Source of the DNA: a virus
Lineage: Duplodnaviria; Caudoviricetes
Virus record (IMG/VR): IMGVR_UViG_3300021387_001565
Span: 32,001 to 96,000 of that record
Direction: 5' to 3' (one strand)
Length of the DNA: 64,000 bases
The position numbers and the translations under genes are program-made. The notes beneath the pieces are model-generated. The model did not search any database. It was not told the origin of the DNA and worked only from the letters and a program-made list of their open reading frames with translations. Positions 1-8,970 of the stretch are shown in pieces (within the stretch, counting starts at the first letter, position 1; each line of letters starts with the position of its first letter).

Positions 1-575
1 TAATGATTAGGTAAGTCATTGTAATGATTGTGCAGGTGTCCGTTCACAAACAACCTACACTTGCTCTTAATCTCGTCAACCGTATACCCCTCGGTTGATT
101 TATACGCTCCATAAGAAATCTGCAAATCATTATGGCTGAATATAATATCAGCAGTCGGGAGCGGAGTACGATTTACCTCTAATTCATACGGGATAAACGC
201 AACGGTCTTGCCGTCCATCTCATTTATGGTGGAAGTTTCAATTACTGTGAAATCGGGGAGCAGATTAAATAAATGCGCTGACGACATAGTGTGGTCGTGT
301 CTGCCCATCTCATGATTACCACATAAAAAGATATGATACTGATAATTCCACATGACCTCTTTAAGCGCGGATAATTCCTCGGCGGTCAATTCAGATTTAT
401 CAAAGAAGTCTCCGAGATAGATAACCGCATCCGTTTCTTTCTCGTCAGATATGCGCTCTACCCAATTCAGAGATTGAATAAGATTTTCAAGTCTTTTAGA
501 ATACTTTTCACCTCGTCCACGGAGAATGGACGAATACGTACTAAAGTGTACGTCTCCTACAACCATCAGTTTCAT
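1..575 (-). CDS. SbcD/Mre11-like (calcineurin-like) metallophosphoesterase nuclease; 3' end runs off the window
   Basis: Not in the ORF track. Manual translation from ATG 575: MKLMVVGDVHF...YLGDFFD...LCGNHE...FSHND...VNGHLH, i.e. all five metallophosphoesterase motifs. AAGGA RBS; sits at the end of the replication/recombination operon. Confidence 0.8.
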   Translation of the reverse strand, partial: MKLMVVGDVHFSTYSSILRGRGEKYSKRLENLIQSLNWVERISDEKETDAVIYLGDFFDKSELTAEELSALKEVMWNYQYHIFLCGNHEMGRHDHTMSSAHLFNLLPDFTVIETSTINEMDGKTVAFIPYELEVNRTPLPTADIIFSHNDLQISYGAYKSTEGYTVDEIKSKCRLFVNGHLHNHYNDLPNH

Positions 576-587
576 CTTAAAATCCTT

Positions 588-1484
588 TCAAAGTAAAATG
601 TTTATCATCAAGTAATCAATGATGTTGTCCATCGGTAGTTCGCCAAGCACCAACTGCTTATATACCTTGGCGAGCGTACAGAATATATCTACGAGTTTTT
701 CATGCTTGTAGAATCCTATGTTGTTCTTTTTAATAGCGTAGAACTGCTTAGCCTCTAAGCCCGTATTCTCGGGAGTAGCCCTATACCCCTGCAACTGAAT
801 CAAGATAATACTCTTGAATGAATTGTAAAGAATCTTGGTCAACCCGAGAGGTTCAACATCCATACTATCTATATGATACAGTATGGAACGGATAGAATCA
901 ACATTTTTATGAATAACCGCATTACTTAAATCAAAAATCGTAAGTTTGCAAAGGTCGTTGTAAAAATTACTGTCAAGGGCTTCCCGCACAGCATGGTTAC
1001 GCTCGCCCTCGGGGAATACATTAAAGCGGTCAATCTCCTGTTGGGTACGGAACACATCACCATCAAGCAGGTCAGCCAACTGTTTGAGATTGTCTTCACT
1101 CACGCCTGTAAGATTAGAGTACAGCAAATCATACACACACCACTTATCAATCTTGGGAACGCGGCAGACATATCTTGTGTCCATATCCCCGACAAGTTCA
1201 TTACAAACTATTATCGTGTTGCGGTATGAATCGGGATTGTCAAATGCCTCTAACTTGTCTGTACGGTAAACAAACAAATCGTTTGTGTGGTCGAGAAACG
1301 GATTGGAAAGTATGGTGGTCAAATCAGACAACTCATCGACTAAAGATATTTCCTTGTCTTTGTCTTTGGCTATCTGACGATAATACTGTTCGGCTACGAA
1401 GGTGTTCTCTGAGCAGACAAAGATTATCAGATTATCAGTAACCACTTTTTTCTCAATCTGTGATTTTAAATCTTCTATCTTCAT
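588..1484 (-). CDS. holA: Clamp loader delta-like subunit (HolA-like)
   Basis: Start moved to MKIEDLK at 1484, which overlaps the upstream stop and has an RBS. Degenerate AAA+ features (LADLLDGDVFRTQQEIDR, TIFDLSNAV). Adjacent to delta-prime and dnaX. Confidence 0.65.
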   Translation of the reverse strand: MKIEDLKSQIEKKVVTDNLIIFVCSENTFVAEQYYRQIAKDKDKEISLVDELSDLTTILSNPFLDHTNDLFVYRTDKLEAFDNPDSYRNTIIVCNELVGDMDTRYVCRVPKIDKWCVYDLLYSNLTGVSEDNLKQLADLLDGDVFRTQQEIDRFNVFPEGERNHAVREALDSNFYNDLCKLTIFDLSNAVIHKNVDSIRSILYHIDSMDVEPLGLTKILYNSFKSIILIQLQGYRATPENTGLEAKQFYAIKKNNIGFYKHEKLVDIFCTLAKVYKQLVLGELPMDNIIDYLMINILL

Positions 1485-2287
1485 ACGATAAGTTCCTTCT
1501 TCAATGCTTCCCTCAGTGCAATCAAGTAGACCTCGAACAACTGCTGTATGTTCATCTTGGGCTGTTGACAGTCCAACAATAGCCGATTGGTCAGCAAGTA
1601 AGACTGATACAGGGGCTGTTGCTCCACAATACGATTGTAAAGCAACTTCCGCAGGCACTTGATAAACAACATAACATTTATCTTAGTCTGCTCGTTATTG
1701 AACGCAAGTCGCTTGGGAATACCGTATAGGGCGTTGGGTATAGTGGTACTGCCTAACTTGAGGATTACCTTCTCCGCAAACTGTGCCGCCAAATTCATAT
1801 CCTGTGATTGGTATGCAAGGACATCCCCCGGGGTCTCACAAAACTGCAAAAAGTAATCGGGAACATCTTCTGCTACAAAAGTATGCAACTGAGGGAGAGT
1901 GTACTTTTCAAACTCAAGTCTGATGCATCGATTAAGGATAGTGTCGAGCACCACGTGAGCATTGGTCACAAGCAGTAAAATATAAACATTGGGGCTTGGC
2001 TCTTCCAAGAACTTGAGGATAACATTCTGCTCCTTGACTGTTATAGCATTCATGTTGATAACATAGAACGTAGGGGTAGCAGACAGGTATATCTCCGTGA
2101 TAGTATCTAGGGATAAACGCTCTGTAATGTCCTGTAAAGGCAGTCCAAAGCACTCAGACATATAATTGCATAGTAAATGCTTTCCACAGCCAGTCTCGCC
2201 ACACAGGAGCATTGTATGGGGCAATCCTGCAATGGGCATACCGTTGAAAAAGTCCATGAGTTTATCTTGAAACTTAATCTCTACCAT
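1481..2287 (-). CDS. holB: Clamp loader delta-prime subunit (HolB-like)
   Basis: LLCGETGCGK Walker A, QNVILKFLEEP, TILNRC (SRC-like motif). Start set at MVEIK, 2287. Confidence 0.8.
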   Translation of the reverse strand: MVEIKFQDKLMDFFNGMPIAGLPHTMLLCGETGCGKHLLCNYMSECFGLPLQDITERLSLDTITEIYLSATPTFYVINMNAITVKEQNVILKFLEEPSPNVYILLLVTNAHVVLDTILNRCIRLEFEKYTLPQLHTFVAEDVPDYFLQFCETPGDVLAYQSQDMNLAAQFAEKVILKLGSTTIPNALYGIPKRLAFNNEQTKINVMLFIKCLRKLLYNRIVEQQPLYQSYLLTNRLLLDCQQPKMNIQQLFEVYLIALREALKKELIV

Positions 2288-2288
2288 T

Positions 2289-4289
2289 TTACACCTCGGG
2301 AGTATACCGCGCCATCTGTAAGAGTAATACCTCAATCGTTGTTTTGGGGTTCGGGTCATCCTTAATCTCATTCTTCAAAGCAAGCAGAGAGTTCATGTAG
2401 TATTTGAAGAACTTATCCGCCCCCTCAAAGCCTACGGTAAAATCGAGTTTACTTTGCATACTCTCGGGAATGCTGATTAAGTCAAACGACTTAAATATCA
2501 GATACTTGCACACATCTGCTATGAAATCGAAGTAGGTACTGATAAACAAGTGCAGGTCTTTACCGTCAAAATAAAAATCGTTAACGGTCTGTAACACCGC
2601 AGGCTCATTATCATCCACAAGAGCGTCTGTCAATGCGAAGAAAGAATCATAGGAATAATTACCAAGACAGTACAGTACGTTATCGAGATTAAGGTCAGTG
2701 CTGTAAGACGCGCACTTGTCAAGGTTTGCAATCGCATCACGCATCTGTCCCTTGCTTATCTTGGCGATATACTCACACGCCGCTTGATAATTGATAAACT
2801 GCTCCTGTGAACAGATGTACATCAATCTGTCCCGTATCTTATCCCACGGAATACGCTGTAGATTATACCGCTGTAAACGATTAAGGATAGTAGCAGGTAT
2901 CTTCTCGGGATTAGTAGTACAGAACATAAAGATGGTGTATGCAGGTGGCTCTTCTAAGCATTTAAGAAACGCTGTCCAAGCGGCACTGCCGAGACTCTGG
3001 CATTCATCGATAATGTAAACCTTATACTCTGCCCCGATAGCCCGCTCCGACGCAGATGCCACAATCGACCTAACATTTTCTACCCCATTATTTGAAGCCG
3101 CATCAATCTCTATAATACCTGCAAGCGAACCGTTAATAGCCTTAGCCAATGCCCTTGCTGTGGTAGTCTTGCCGCAGTTACCTGTAATTATGATGTGTCC
3201 GTTCCTTCGCATTACCCATTGATGTGTCGGCACAGTAAAGCAATACTTGAACCCGTCAACAGAAGAAACGCTATCGACAGGGCTTTTACCGAACCCTACA
3301 GTAGCAGAGTGCTTAGCCGTAATAACAAGCGTGTAGTTACATTCAGTGCCATAAGTATAAACTTTCGACTGACCGCCAACAATTCGAGTTAAAGTACGTC
3401 CTTTGCGAACGTCTTCTCGTATCGACGTTCTGTAACCGCAGGAAGCGAACGCAAACTGAATAAAATCAATCGTATCCTTATTTTTCTGATGGAAGGTTTT
3501 GTGTTTACTCTCACACCCACCCCACTTCAAAATATTATCTACGATAACCTGTAACTGATGTGCAGAACAATTATACCAGTAGGAACTAAATGCCTTTTCC
3601 TTGCGGGGGGCTATAAATGAGAACAGAGTATACCCGTTCTGTTTTGCAGTAGTCTTATAGTCAATTTTGCAATCCTTAAGAATTTGATGAAGTTCCTCTA
3701 TCTTGCGAGACTTCTTAAGATGAACAAAACACCTCGAAGTTGCACAGTCAGATTTAAACGTGCCATCGCATATAACTGCACACATCAACCTTATCTCTGA
3801 GTCAGTTAAATCAATCCCACTACCACTATAATTGAATGTGGTCAATAATCTACCGCTAAATCCGTATCGAGCCTTACGCTGTCGAGAAACTAAATCTGCG
3901 CATCTTATAGTATAAATCTTTTCCTTGTGCTCATACACAACAGTATGGTCGTCACATAGCATCATATCTACACCATACTTAGTATGAAAATAATTGAACT
4001 CACTGCACGGAAATTTTAAATAGTCTACAGGGGTCACAAGGGACGCTGTACGGGTTACAGGGTCAAATTGAAGAACCTTCTCACCACCCGTGTAGTCCGC
4101 AATCTTCTTCCATGTCGTGCCATTAAAATACTCTGTGTCTCTATCAACACAGCCCGACGGTCCAGCAAAAAGATAACAATTACGTATTTTATGTTCCGCT
4201 ATCTGCTTCTGTATAATAGCAGACACCGAGTTCTGCCCGACTATCTCTTCGAGCGTGCTTGGTCTGTATTTGGTAGCCAATGCTTCCAT
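2289..4289 (-). CDS. dnaX: Clamp loader gamma/tau subunit DnaX containing an intein
   Basis: LATKYRP, GPSG/CGKTT Walker A, EIDAASNNGVENVR, IIDECQ, FLKCLEEPP, GQMRDA. Confidence 0.95.
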   Translation of the reverse strand: MEALATKYRPSTLEEIVGQNSVSAIIQKQIAEHKIRNCYLFAGPSGCVDRDTEYFNGTTWKKIADYTGGEKVLQFDPVTRTASLVTPVDYLKFPCSEFNYFHTKYGVDMMLCDDHTVVYEHKEKIYTIRCADLVSRQRKARYGFSGRLLTTFNYSGSGIDLTDSEIRLMCAVICDGTFKSDCATSRCFVHLKKSRKIEELHQILKDCKIDYKTTAKQNGYTLFSFIAPRKEKAFSSYWYNCSAHQLQVIVDNILKWGGCESKHKTFHQKNKDTIDFIQFAFASCGYRTSIREDVRKGRTLTRIVGGQSKVYTYGTECNYTLVITAKHSATVGFGKSPVDSVSSVDGFKYCFTVPTHQWVMRRNGHIIITGNCGKTTTARALAKAINGSLAGIIEIDAASNNGVENVRSIVASASERAIGAEYKVYIIDECQSLGSAAWTAFLKCLEEPPAYTIFMFCTTNPEKIPATILNRLQRYNLQRIPWDKIRDRLMYICSQEQFINYQAACEYIAKISKGQMRDAIANLDKCASYSTDLNLDNVLYCLGNYSYDSFFALTDALVDDNEPAVLQTVNDFYFDGKDLHLFISTYFDFIADVCKYLIFKSFDLISIPESMQSKLDFTVGFEGADKFFKYYMNSLLALKNEIKDDPNPKTTIEVLLLQMARYTPEV
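3177..4151 (-). mobile_element. Intein (325 aa) with LAGLIDADG-type domain, inserted in the DnaX Walker A loop
   Basis: Starts CVDRDTEY and ends YCFTVP...IITGN followed by Cys. Removal restores GPSGCGKTT. Internal LMCAVICDG motif. Confidence 0.92.
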
Positions 4290-4302
4290 ATCAAATCACC
4301 TT

Positions 4303-4680
4303 TCAGTTTAATTGCTCAAGTAGTTCCATACCGTTAGTGGGTAACCACAGCCCGTCATACATCTCAGTGTAATCATCCTGCTGAGTAGTTATGTCGTAAG
4401 CCACACAACCTATCTTGACCATGTTACCCATAATCTGCTGTACTTGGCATCGCATATACTGAGCCACAGGAACTATACCTCTGTTCCAATTCTTAGCCAA
4501 AGACAGATTATCCGAGGGATGTCTAATCCACTCGGCAATCTTAATAATATAGAACTTATCCTGTTCAAGTTTGGGTTTGCGATGTCGGTAAATCACGAAC
4601 TCAGTTGTAGTATCGTCTATGGGCGGAAGTTTAGCCCATTTGACATTCTGCAACTGCTTCTTAATTATCTCGTTCATCAC
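4303..4680 (-). CDS. Hypothetical protein
   Basis: 125-aa ORF translationally coupled to its upstream neighbour; no recognised motif. Confidence 0.75.
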   Translation of the reverse strand: MMNEIIKKQLQNVKWAKLPPIDDTTTEFVIYRHRKPKLEQDKFYIIKIAEWIRHPSDNLSLAKNWNRGIVPVAQYMRCQVQQIMGNMVKIGCVAYDITTQQDDYTEMYDGLWLPTNGMELLEQLN

Positions 4681-5339
4681 TTGCCCTCAACCAACAGCAG
4701 GTTGGGCTCAACAAGGAAACTTGCGTATGTATCTGCTAAATGAAGCAGAGCCGCAAGCGGGCAAGAACAAAATGCGTAAGTAAACTGCTTGCCCAAATTA
4801 AAGTCCTCGCCTGTGTACCCTGTATGATGTAAGATAGCAATTATCTCATCATATGTCAGAGTTACCCAACGCTGTAACATAAACACGGAAGAATCCTCGT
4901 GTCGTCCAAATGTAAAACTATCCTTGAGGTTGCGTTTTGTCCACACCTCTTCGGTAATCCAATCATACCTACCAAGAGAGTCAGCCTTTGACCCCTGCGG
5001 ATGATAAGACTTCTTGTTCTTGTAGTCAAGACAGTACAGGTTAGTCTTTGATAAATCGTGAAATAAAGCCACGATAGCAAGAGTAGCGTCACTGTACGGA
5101 CAAGGTGTGTCCCCATAGCGCATCGAGACAAGTTTTTTTAGCGCGTCGTAAACATTGAGCACATGGTCACACAAACCCCCCGTGCACACATTATGAAACA
5201 TAGTGCTTGCAGGGGCAGTAAAAAAGTCAGACTGTTTAAGCCAAGTAAGAAGTCCGTCCCAATCTTCCTCGGGACGTGCAGGCTTCAAAACCTCTTCAAC
5301 AATCTGAACAAATCGTTTCGTATTCTCTTTAACATCCAT
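4677..5339 (-). CDS. HD-domain phosphohydrolase (YhaM-HD-like)
   Basis: APAS..FH..GGLCDH, ALFHDLSK, ILHH and LHLAD motifs. Start set at MDVKE, 5339. Confidence 0.85.
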   Translation of the reverse strand: MDVKENTKRFVQIVEEVLKPARPEEDWDGLLTWLKQSDFFTAPASTMFHNVCTGGLCDHVLNVYDALKKLVSMRYGDTPCPYSDATLAIVALFHDLSKTNLYCLDYKNKKSYHPQGSKADSLGRYDWITEEVWTKRNLKDSFTFGRHEDSSVFMLQRWVTLTYDEIIAILHHTGYTGEDFNLGKQFTYAFCSCPLAALLHLADTYASFLVEPNLLLVEGK

Positions 5340-5343
5340 CAGT

Positions 5344-5589
5344 CTATGCCTTCCTTTCAAATTCATGGTCAGATACAAGCGTGAGCTTTTCAAGTGGTAC
5401 AGCGAAACAAGAAATCCTGCCATTATCGTCTAACGGACAGGAACGAATATCTGAGCCGCTTATCTTATATACCTTACCCTGTAAGTGCTTTGCCTTGGTA
5501 AACCTAATAAGATTGTCCCCGCTCTGCACTTTATAGGTAGCGATAAGTACAACATTGTCGTGATAACGTGGTGTCCAAATCTCAATCAT
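5344..5589 (-). CDS. Hypothetical protein
   Basis: 81-aa ORF with a G-rich RBS; ATG overlaps the upstream TGA. Confidence 0.7.
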   Translation of the reverse strand: MIEIWTPRYHDNVVLIATYKVQSGDNLIRFTKAKHLQGKVYKISGSDIRSCPLDDNGRISCFAVPLEKLTLVSDHEFERKA

Positions 5590-5675
5590 CTTCTTTTATC
5601 CCCCTCATCCTCATACATTACAAGAAAATAGCAAAGTCCAAGTAGCCCACAGGCAAATGCATACACAACCCACAT
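5586..5675 (-). CDS. Small single-TM protein (29 aa)
   Basis: MWVVYAFACGLLGLCYFLVMYEDEGDKRR. GAAAGGGG RBS, first ORF after the promoter at 5708-5746, ATGA overlap with the next gene. Confidence 0.6.
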   Translation of the reverse strand: MWVVYAFACGLLGLCYFLVMYEDEGDKRR

Positions 5676-5707
5676 AACAATTCCCCTTTCTCACAGTCTA
5701 TAGCTAT

Positions 5708-5746
5708 ATTATAGACAATGGGAAAGGGAAAAATCAACGGATTTTT
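5708..5746 (-). promoter_or_regulatory. Sigma-A-type promoter, class 1 (TTGATT-18-TATAAT) with AATC-N4-GATT palindrome
   Basis: Minus strand AAAAATCCGTTGATTTTT...TATAAT; motif recurs at five gene starts. Confidence 0.75.
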
Positions 5747-5750
5747 AATA

Positions 5751-6218
5751 TTACTCATCGAGTTGCATCAAAATTATCGGACTCGGCTGATGATACGGGA
5801 ACGCACGAACAATATTGTAACAATAATATTCAGACGCCTCATCGTGGGGCATGTTCTGAGCATCGGTGAGATGGCTCATTATGGCATCGTGGTCGTACAC
5901 CAATCTTCCGTCCTGTGACACTCCAACAACCGCAGTAGCGAATCCGTCTATAAGGTAACAATCATCTGCTTCGTCCGTGTCAAGGTACGCCTGTCGTACT
6001 TCGTCGTCAGTTTTGTACGGAGTATCGTATGTATGTGCTTTGAACGTGACGGCAAACCACAAAGAGCCTGTGCTATCAATAGACTCGCAGTAATCTATAC
6101 TGTCGTGCTGTCTAAGTCGCTCGGCAAGTTCGGTGACATCTTCTTTACTACATGCATCAAGCAACATCTCTTCCCCGTCAGACATGACCGCTTTGCTGTT
6201 AAACAATATCCTTCTCAT
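5751..6218 (-). CDS. Hypothetical protein
   Basis: 155-aa acidic ORF; C-terminal DGF..A.VG...RLVYD segment resembles common phage hypotheticals. Confidence 0.7.
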   Translation of the reverse strand: MRRILFNSKAVMSDGEEMLLDACSKEDVTELAERLRQHDSIDYCESIDSTGSLWFAVTFKAHTYDTPYKTDDEVRQAYLDTDEADDCYLIDGFATAVVGVSQDGRLVYDHDAIMSHLTDAQNMPHDEASEYYCYNIVRAFPYHQPSPIILMQLDE

Positions 6219-6226
6219 ATTAGCCT

Positions 6227-6895
6227 CTATTCTTTGTACGCTCGTCTACGATGCATAGCCCTGCTCATAAACGTCCTGTGTGTATCGAGAGATTCCTCAA
6301 ACTCGCCCTCGTTACGGATTGGGGTTACTTCATCGCCAAACTGTGCCAAGTTAATTCTGAACTTAAACCCATACTGACTAAAGAAGTCTTCACTGTCTTC
6401 AAGAGATACTTTATCTGTAACCTCAATCAATTTATATGTCTTGCAGGCATTTGATGTTTCGTAGTAAGCAATATGTACATGGTCATCATATACCTTGCCA
6501 AAGAAAAAACTCTCTTGCCCGTAGTTCCGTGCAATCTCTTCTGCATCGTCTTTTTCAACATTAAACACAATCATGCTGTGCTCAACTGAACCGTAACTAC
6601 CACGGATATTAGCATAGTTAAAACCACCGTAACGCACGGTCTTATCACCTAACTGTCTTATAGCATCTTGGACTAATTCAACCTTTGCCGCCTTTCTTGC
6701 ATCTCTATTATATTGTTTGGGATTAGCAAGCCATTGCTGATACCTCTGTAAAATTTCTTCATCCGTAGCGTTCTTCCACCCCAACGGGTTCTCTACAGAC
6801 AAAATAGCAAACGTCCTAATTTTGCTTGCAGGATTGCCAAAAAGGGCGTGCTTCACTCTTCGATAATTATTACTTTCAGATAATTTAAATCTCAT
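6227..6895 (-). CDS. Putative SAM lyase-like (DUF3293/T3 SAMase-like) protein
   Basis: FAILSVENP...IRGSYGSVEHSMIV...IARNYGQESFFF matches the G-x-Y...E-x-S...Q-E/D pattern of phage SAM lyases. N-terminus MRFKLSE. Confidence 0.5.
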   Translation of the reverse strand: MRFKLSESNNYRRVKHALFGNPASKIRTFAILSVENPLGWKNATDEEILQRYQQWLANPKQYNRDARKAAKVELVQDAIRQLGDKTVRYGGFNYANIRGSYGSVEHSMIVFNVEKDDAEEIARNYGQESFFFGKVYDDHVHIAYYETSNACKTYKLIEVTDKVSLEDSEDFFSQYGFKFRINLAQFGDEVTPIRNEGEFEESLDTHRTFMSRAMHRRRAYKE

Positions 6896-6903
6896 CGGTC
6901 ACC

Positions 6904-7152
6904 TCAATCTACAGTCTCAATGTAGAAACCGTGCTTGCCACGAGTAAACTGCACACGAGGATATTCACCCTCACCATTTTCCCATGCAAGATACTCATCC
7001 TTAAGAGCGTAACTGCCTATCTGCTTACCGCCATATCCTTCCCAATAGCCTGTAAGCATAAAGTCAGTCTGTCCTGTAGGCAGGTTAAAGTCTCTCACAA
7101 TCTTGCGGTCAGTCTCATCCACCGCTTTTATCTCACCGTGATAAGTTCTCAT
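6904..7152 (-). CDS. Hypothetical protein
   Basis: 82-aa ORF with RBS, in the operon. Confidence 0.7.
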   Translation of the reverse strand: MRTYHGEIKAVDETDRKIVRDFNLPTGQTDFMLTGYWEGYGGKQIGSYALKDEYLAWENGEGEYPRVQFTRGKHGFYIETVD

Positions 7153-7155
7153 CCG

Positions 7156-7689
7156 TTAAACCCCCTTTGGATAGCCAACCATTATCTTTGTGATAGGCTC
7201 TCCGTCAATCATCCTTGTGTAGTGATACCCATCGGGCTGAATCTGTATCTGCTTGTGTGGAAGCAATTTCTGAACAGTCTCGGCAGGAATCACCTGTGCT
7301 CCCTTCTTGTTGATGTAAATGTGTTCCATAGCGTCTGACACCTCAGCATATGCCATGCGGTCAGTCAATTTTACATCATCATCAACTATCTTGTAGAACG
7401 CATCTTTAGCCACAGGGTCAGTCTCACCTGTCACATCGTCCTTCCTCGCTCCACCGAGAACAACCTTACGCCCGTGGTTAGTCAACTTATAAATCTGACA
7501 GGCAACTATCTTATTGCCCTTCCTAACGAGTTTCCACAGAATGTTATCCTGCATCATCTCATCTTTATTTGTTCCTTTAACACCACCGATTTTGGCGTAG
7601 GCTTTGTTCAGTAAAGCCCACACCTCATCAAAGTAGCGTTCTTTTTCGTCTTTATCATCAATGATGTTCACGTAGCTTTCAAGTAGCAT
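7156..7689 (-). CDS. Phage protein, possibly GNAT-like fold
   Basis: EVWALLNKAYAKIGG...WKLVRKGNKIVACQIYK...GRK...YAEVS...DGYHYTR. The helix/beta pattern resembles the GNAT N-terminal half. N-terminus MLLE. Confidence 0.45.
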   Translation of the reverse strand: MLLESYVNIIDDKDEKERYFDEVWALLNKAYAKIGGVKGTNKDEMMQDNILWKLVRKGNKIVACQIYKLTNHGRKVVLGGARKDDVTGETDPVAKDAFYKIVDDDVKLTDRMAYAEVSDAMEHIYINKKGAQVIPAETVQKLLPHKQIQIQPDGYHYTRMIDGEPITKIMVGYPKGV

Positions 7690-8252
7690 GTTTTTCTGAC
7701 CTCATCAAGTAGTGATGCTAACGTCGGAATTATCTCAGACGTAATCCTGTGCTTGCCAATGCCCGTAAGAATAACCTCACGAGGGTGATACATTTTATTA
7801 TACAATGCAAGCCTATCATTATCTACCTTAATGACATCATCGTTTAAGCAGAATACTGTAGTTGTTTCGCAGTAATACTCGTAGTCGTATTCATCACGCA
7901 AAAACTCGTTGAGGATAGCATCGAGGTCTGTAGCAAACGTGGGAGACACTTTATCAAGAGACTCGGATACGTACTTCTTTACGTCCGCACCACCATTGAA
8001 CGCGGGGTTAATGAGTATCTTAGGTCGATTGCACAGCATCTGTGCATAGAAACCACCAAGACTGCATCCAACAATCACGTCAATCTCGGGGAAAGCATGA
8101 TAAAAGTCAAGGATGTCCTGCAAACCCTTCTTGCAGTCATAATTATCATATTCTACGGATAAGATATTATCCTGCGGAAACGACTGACGCAGTAACTGTG
8201 TGGTTGACCCATCTGCTGAGCCAAGTAACCCATGAATGTACATAATGTTCAT
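7668..8252 (-). CDS. YqiA/YcfP-family alpha/beta hydrolase (esterase)
   Basis: YIHG, GCSLGG nucleophile elbow, LINPA, DDVI, GKH triad. Confidence 0.85.
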   Translation of the reverse strand: MNIMYIHGLLGSADGSTTQLLRQSFPQDNILSVEYDNYDCKKGLQDILDFYHAFPEIDVIVGCSLGGFYAQMLCNRPKILINPAFNGGADVKKYVSESLDKVSPTFATDLDAILNEFLRDEYDYEYYCETTTVFCLNDDVIKVDNDRLALYNKMYHPREVILTGIGKHRITSEIIPTLASLLDEVRKTCYLKAT

Positions 8253-8281
8253 CTAAATGCCCCCTTTCGTCTCACAAGGAT

Positions 8282-8333
8282 ATTATATCACACGAAGAAA
8301 AGAAAAATCAACGGATTGAAAACCCGTTGATTT
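8282..8333 (-). promoter_or_regulatory. Class 1 promoter (TTGATT-18-TATAAT, extended TG) with a 10-bp inverted repeat over the -35
   Basis: AATCAACGGATT at 8306-8317; inverted repeat aaatcaacgg (8305-8314) / ccgttgattt (8324-8333). Confidence 0.75.
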
Positions 8334-8390
8334 AAACTCCATGATGTCACCTCTGCTCTTGTGCTTGTTTTTGTGTCAAGTATGTGAACA

Positions 8391-8939
8391 TCAATCGCCG
8401 TTAATAAGATAAACTTTCTTGGTTGAGTAATCCTTTACAAGGACAGCTTCCTGTAAAAACAAATTGCACAATTCAGTCGCAATATCAATCAGTTCATCGT
8501 GGGTAATTCCCACAATATCTACAGCAATGCTATTTTCCCCGAATGCCTTACCGTTTTTCGCTGTGTATCTACCCGAAAGCCCCTTGCTAATAGTCCATCC
8601 TGCAAGGTCATGCTTCTGTGCCACCGCGTCAATCTTACCTGTAGAAGACAATCGATTGTTGATTGTAGCAATCTTCTGCTTAACCCAATTTACTATTTTA
8701 TTCTTCGACATCTGCTCAGCGTTCACGTCGGTAGAAAATACAATAGTGCCACCCAAGTTAGCATCGTCAAAAGAGAAATCAATTCCTTCTGATAAGACCT
8801 GTCGCCCCGCGACCTCTGTGCTATACTGCGAAAAAGACTCACGCTTAATACTGCGGTATAAATACCTTGACGTTCCGTAAGCCCCATTCCCCACAGCATC
8901 ACCAACAACAACTAAAGGTTCAGTCAATTTAAACTTCAT
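8391..8939 (-). CDS. Putative SAM lyase-like (DUF3574/PII-like) protein
   Basis: GWTISKGLSGRY...GENSIAV...IATELCNLFLQEAVLVKD. N-terminus MKFKLTE. Confidence 0.5.
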   Translation of the reverse strand: MKFKLTEPLVVVGDAVGNGAYGTSRYLYRSIKRESFSQYSTEVAGRQVLSEGIDFSFDDANLGGTIVFSTDVNAEQMSKNKIVNWVKQKIATINNRLSSTGKIDAVAQKHDLAGWTISKGLSGRYTAKNGKAFGENSIAVDIVGITHDELIDIATELCNLFLQEAVLVKDYSTKKVYLINGD

Positions 8940-8970
8940 GAAGTCACCTCGCTTTCTAGTACATGATACA

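Noticed and set aside
8374-8379. Perfect TTGACA -35 on the minus strand
   Set aside because: No plausible -10 at 16-18 nt spacing.
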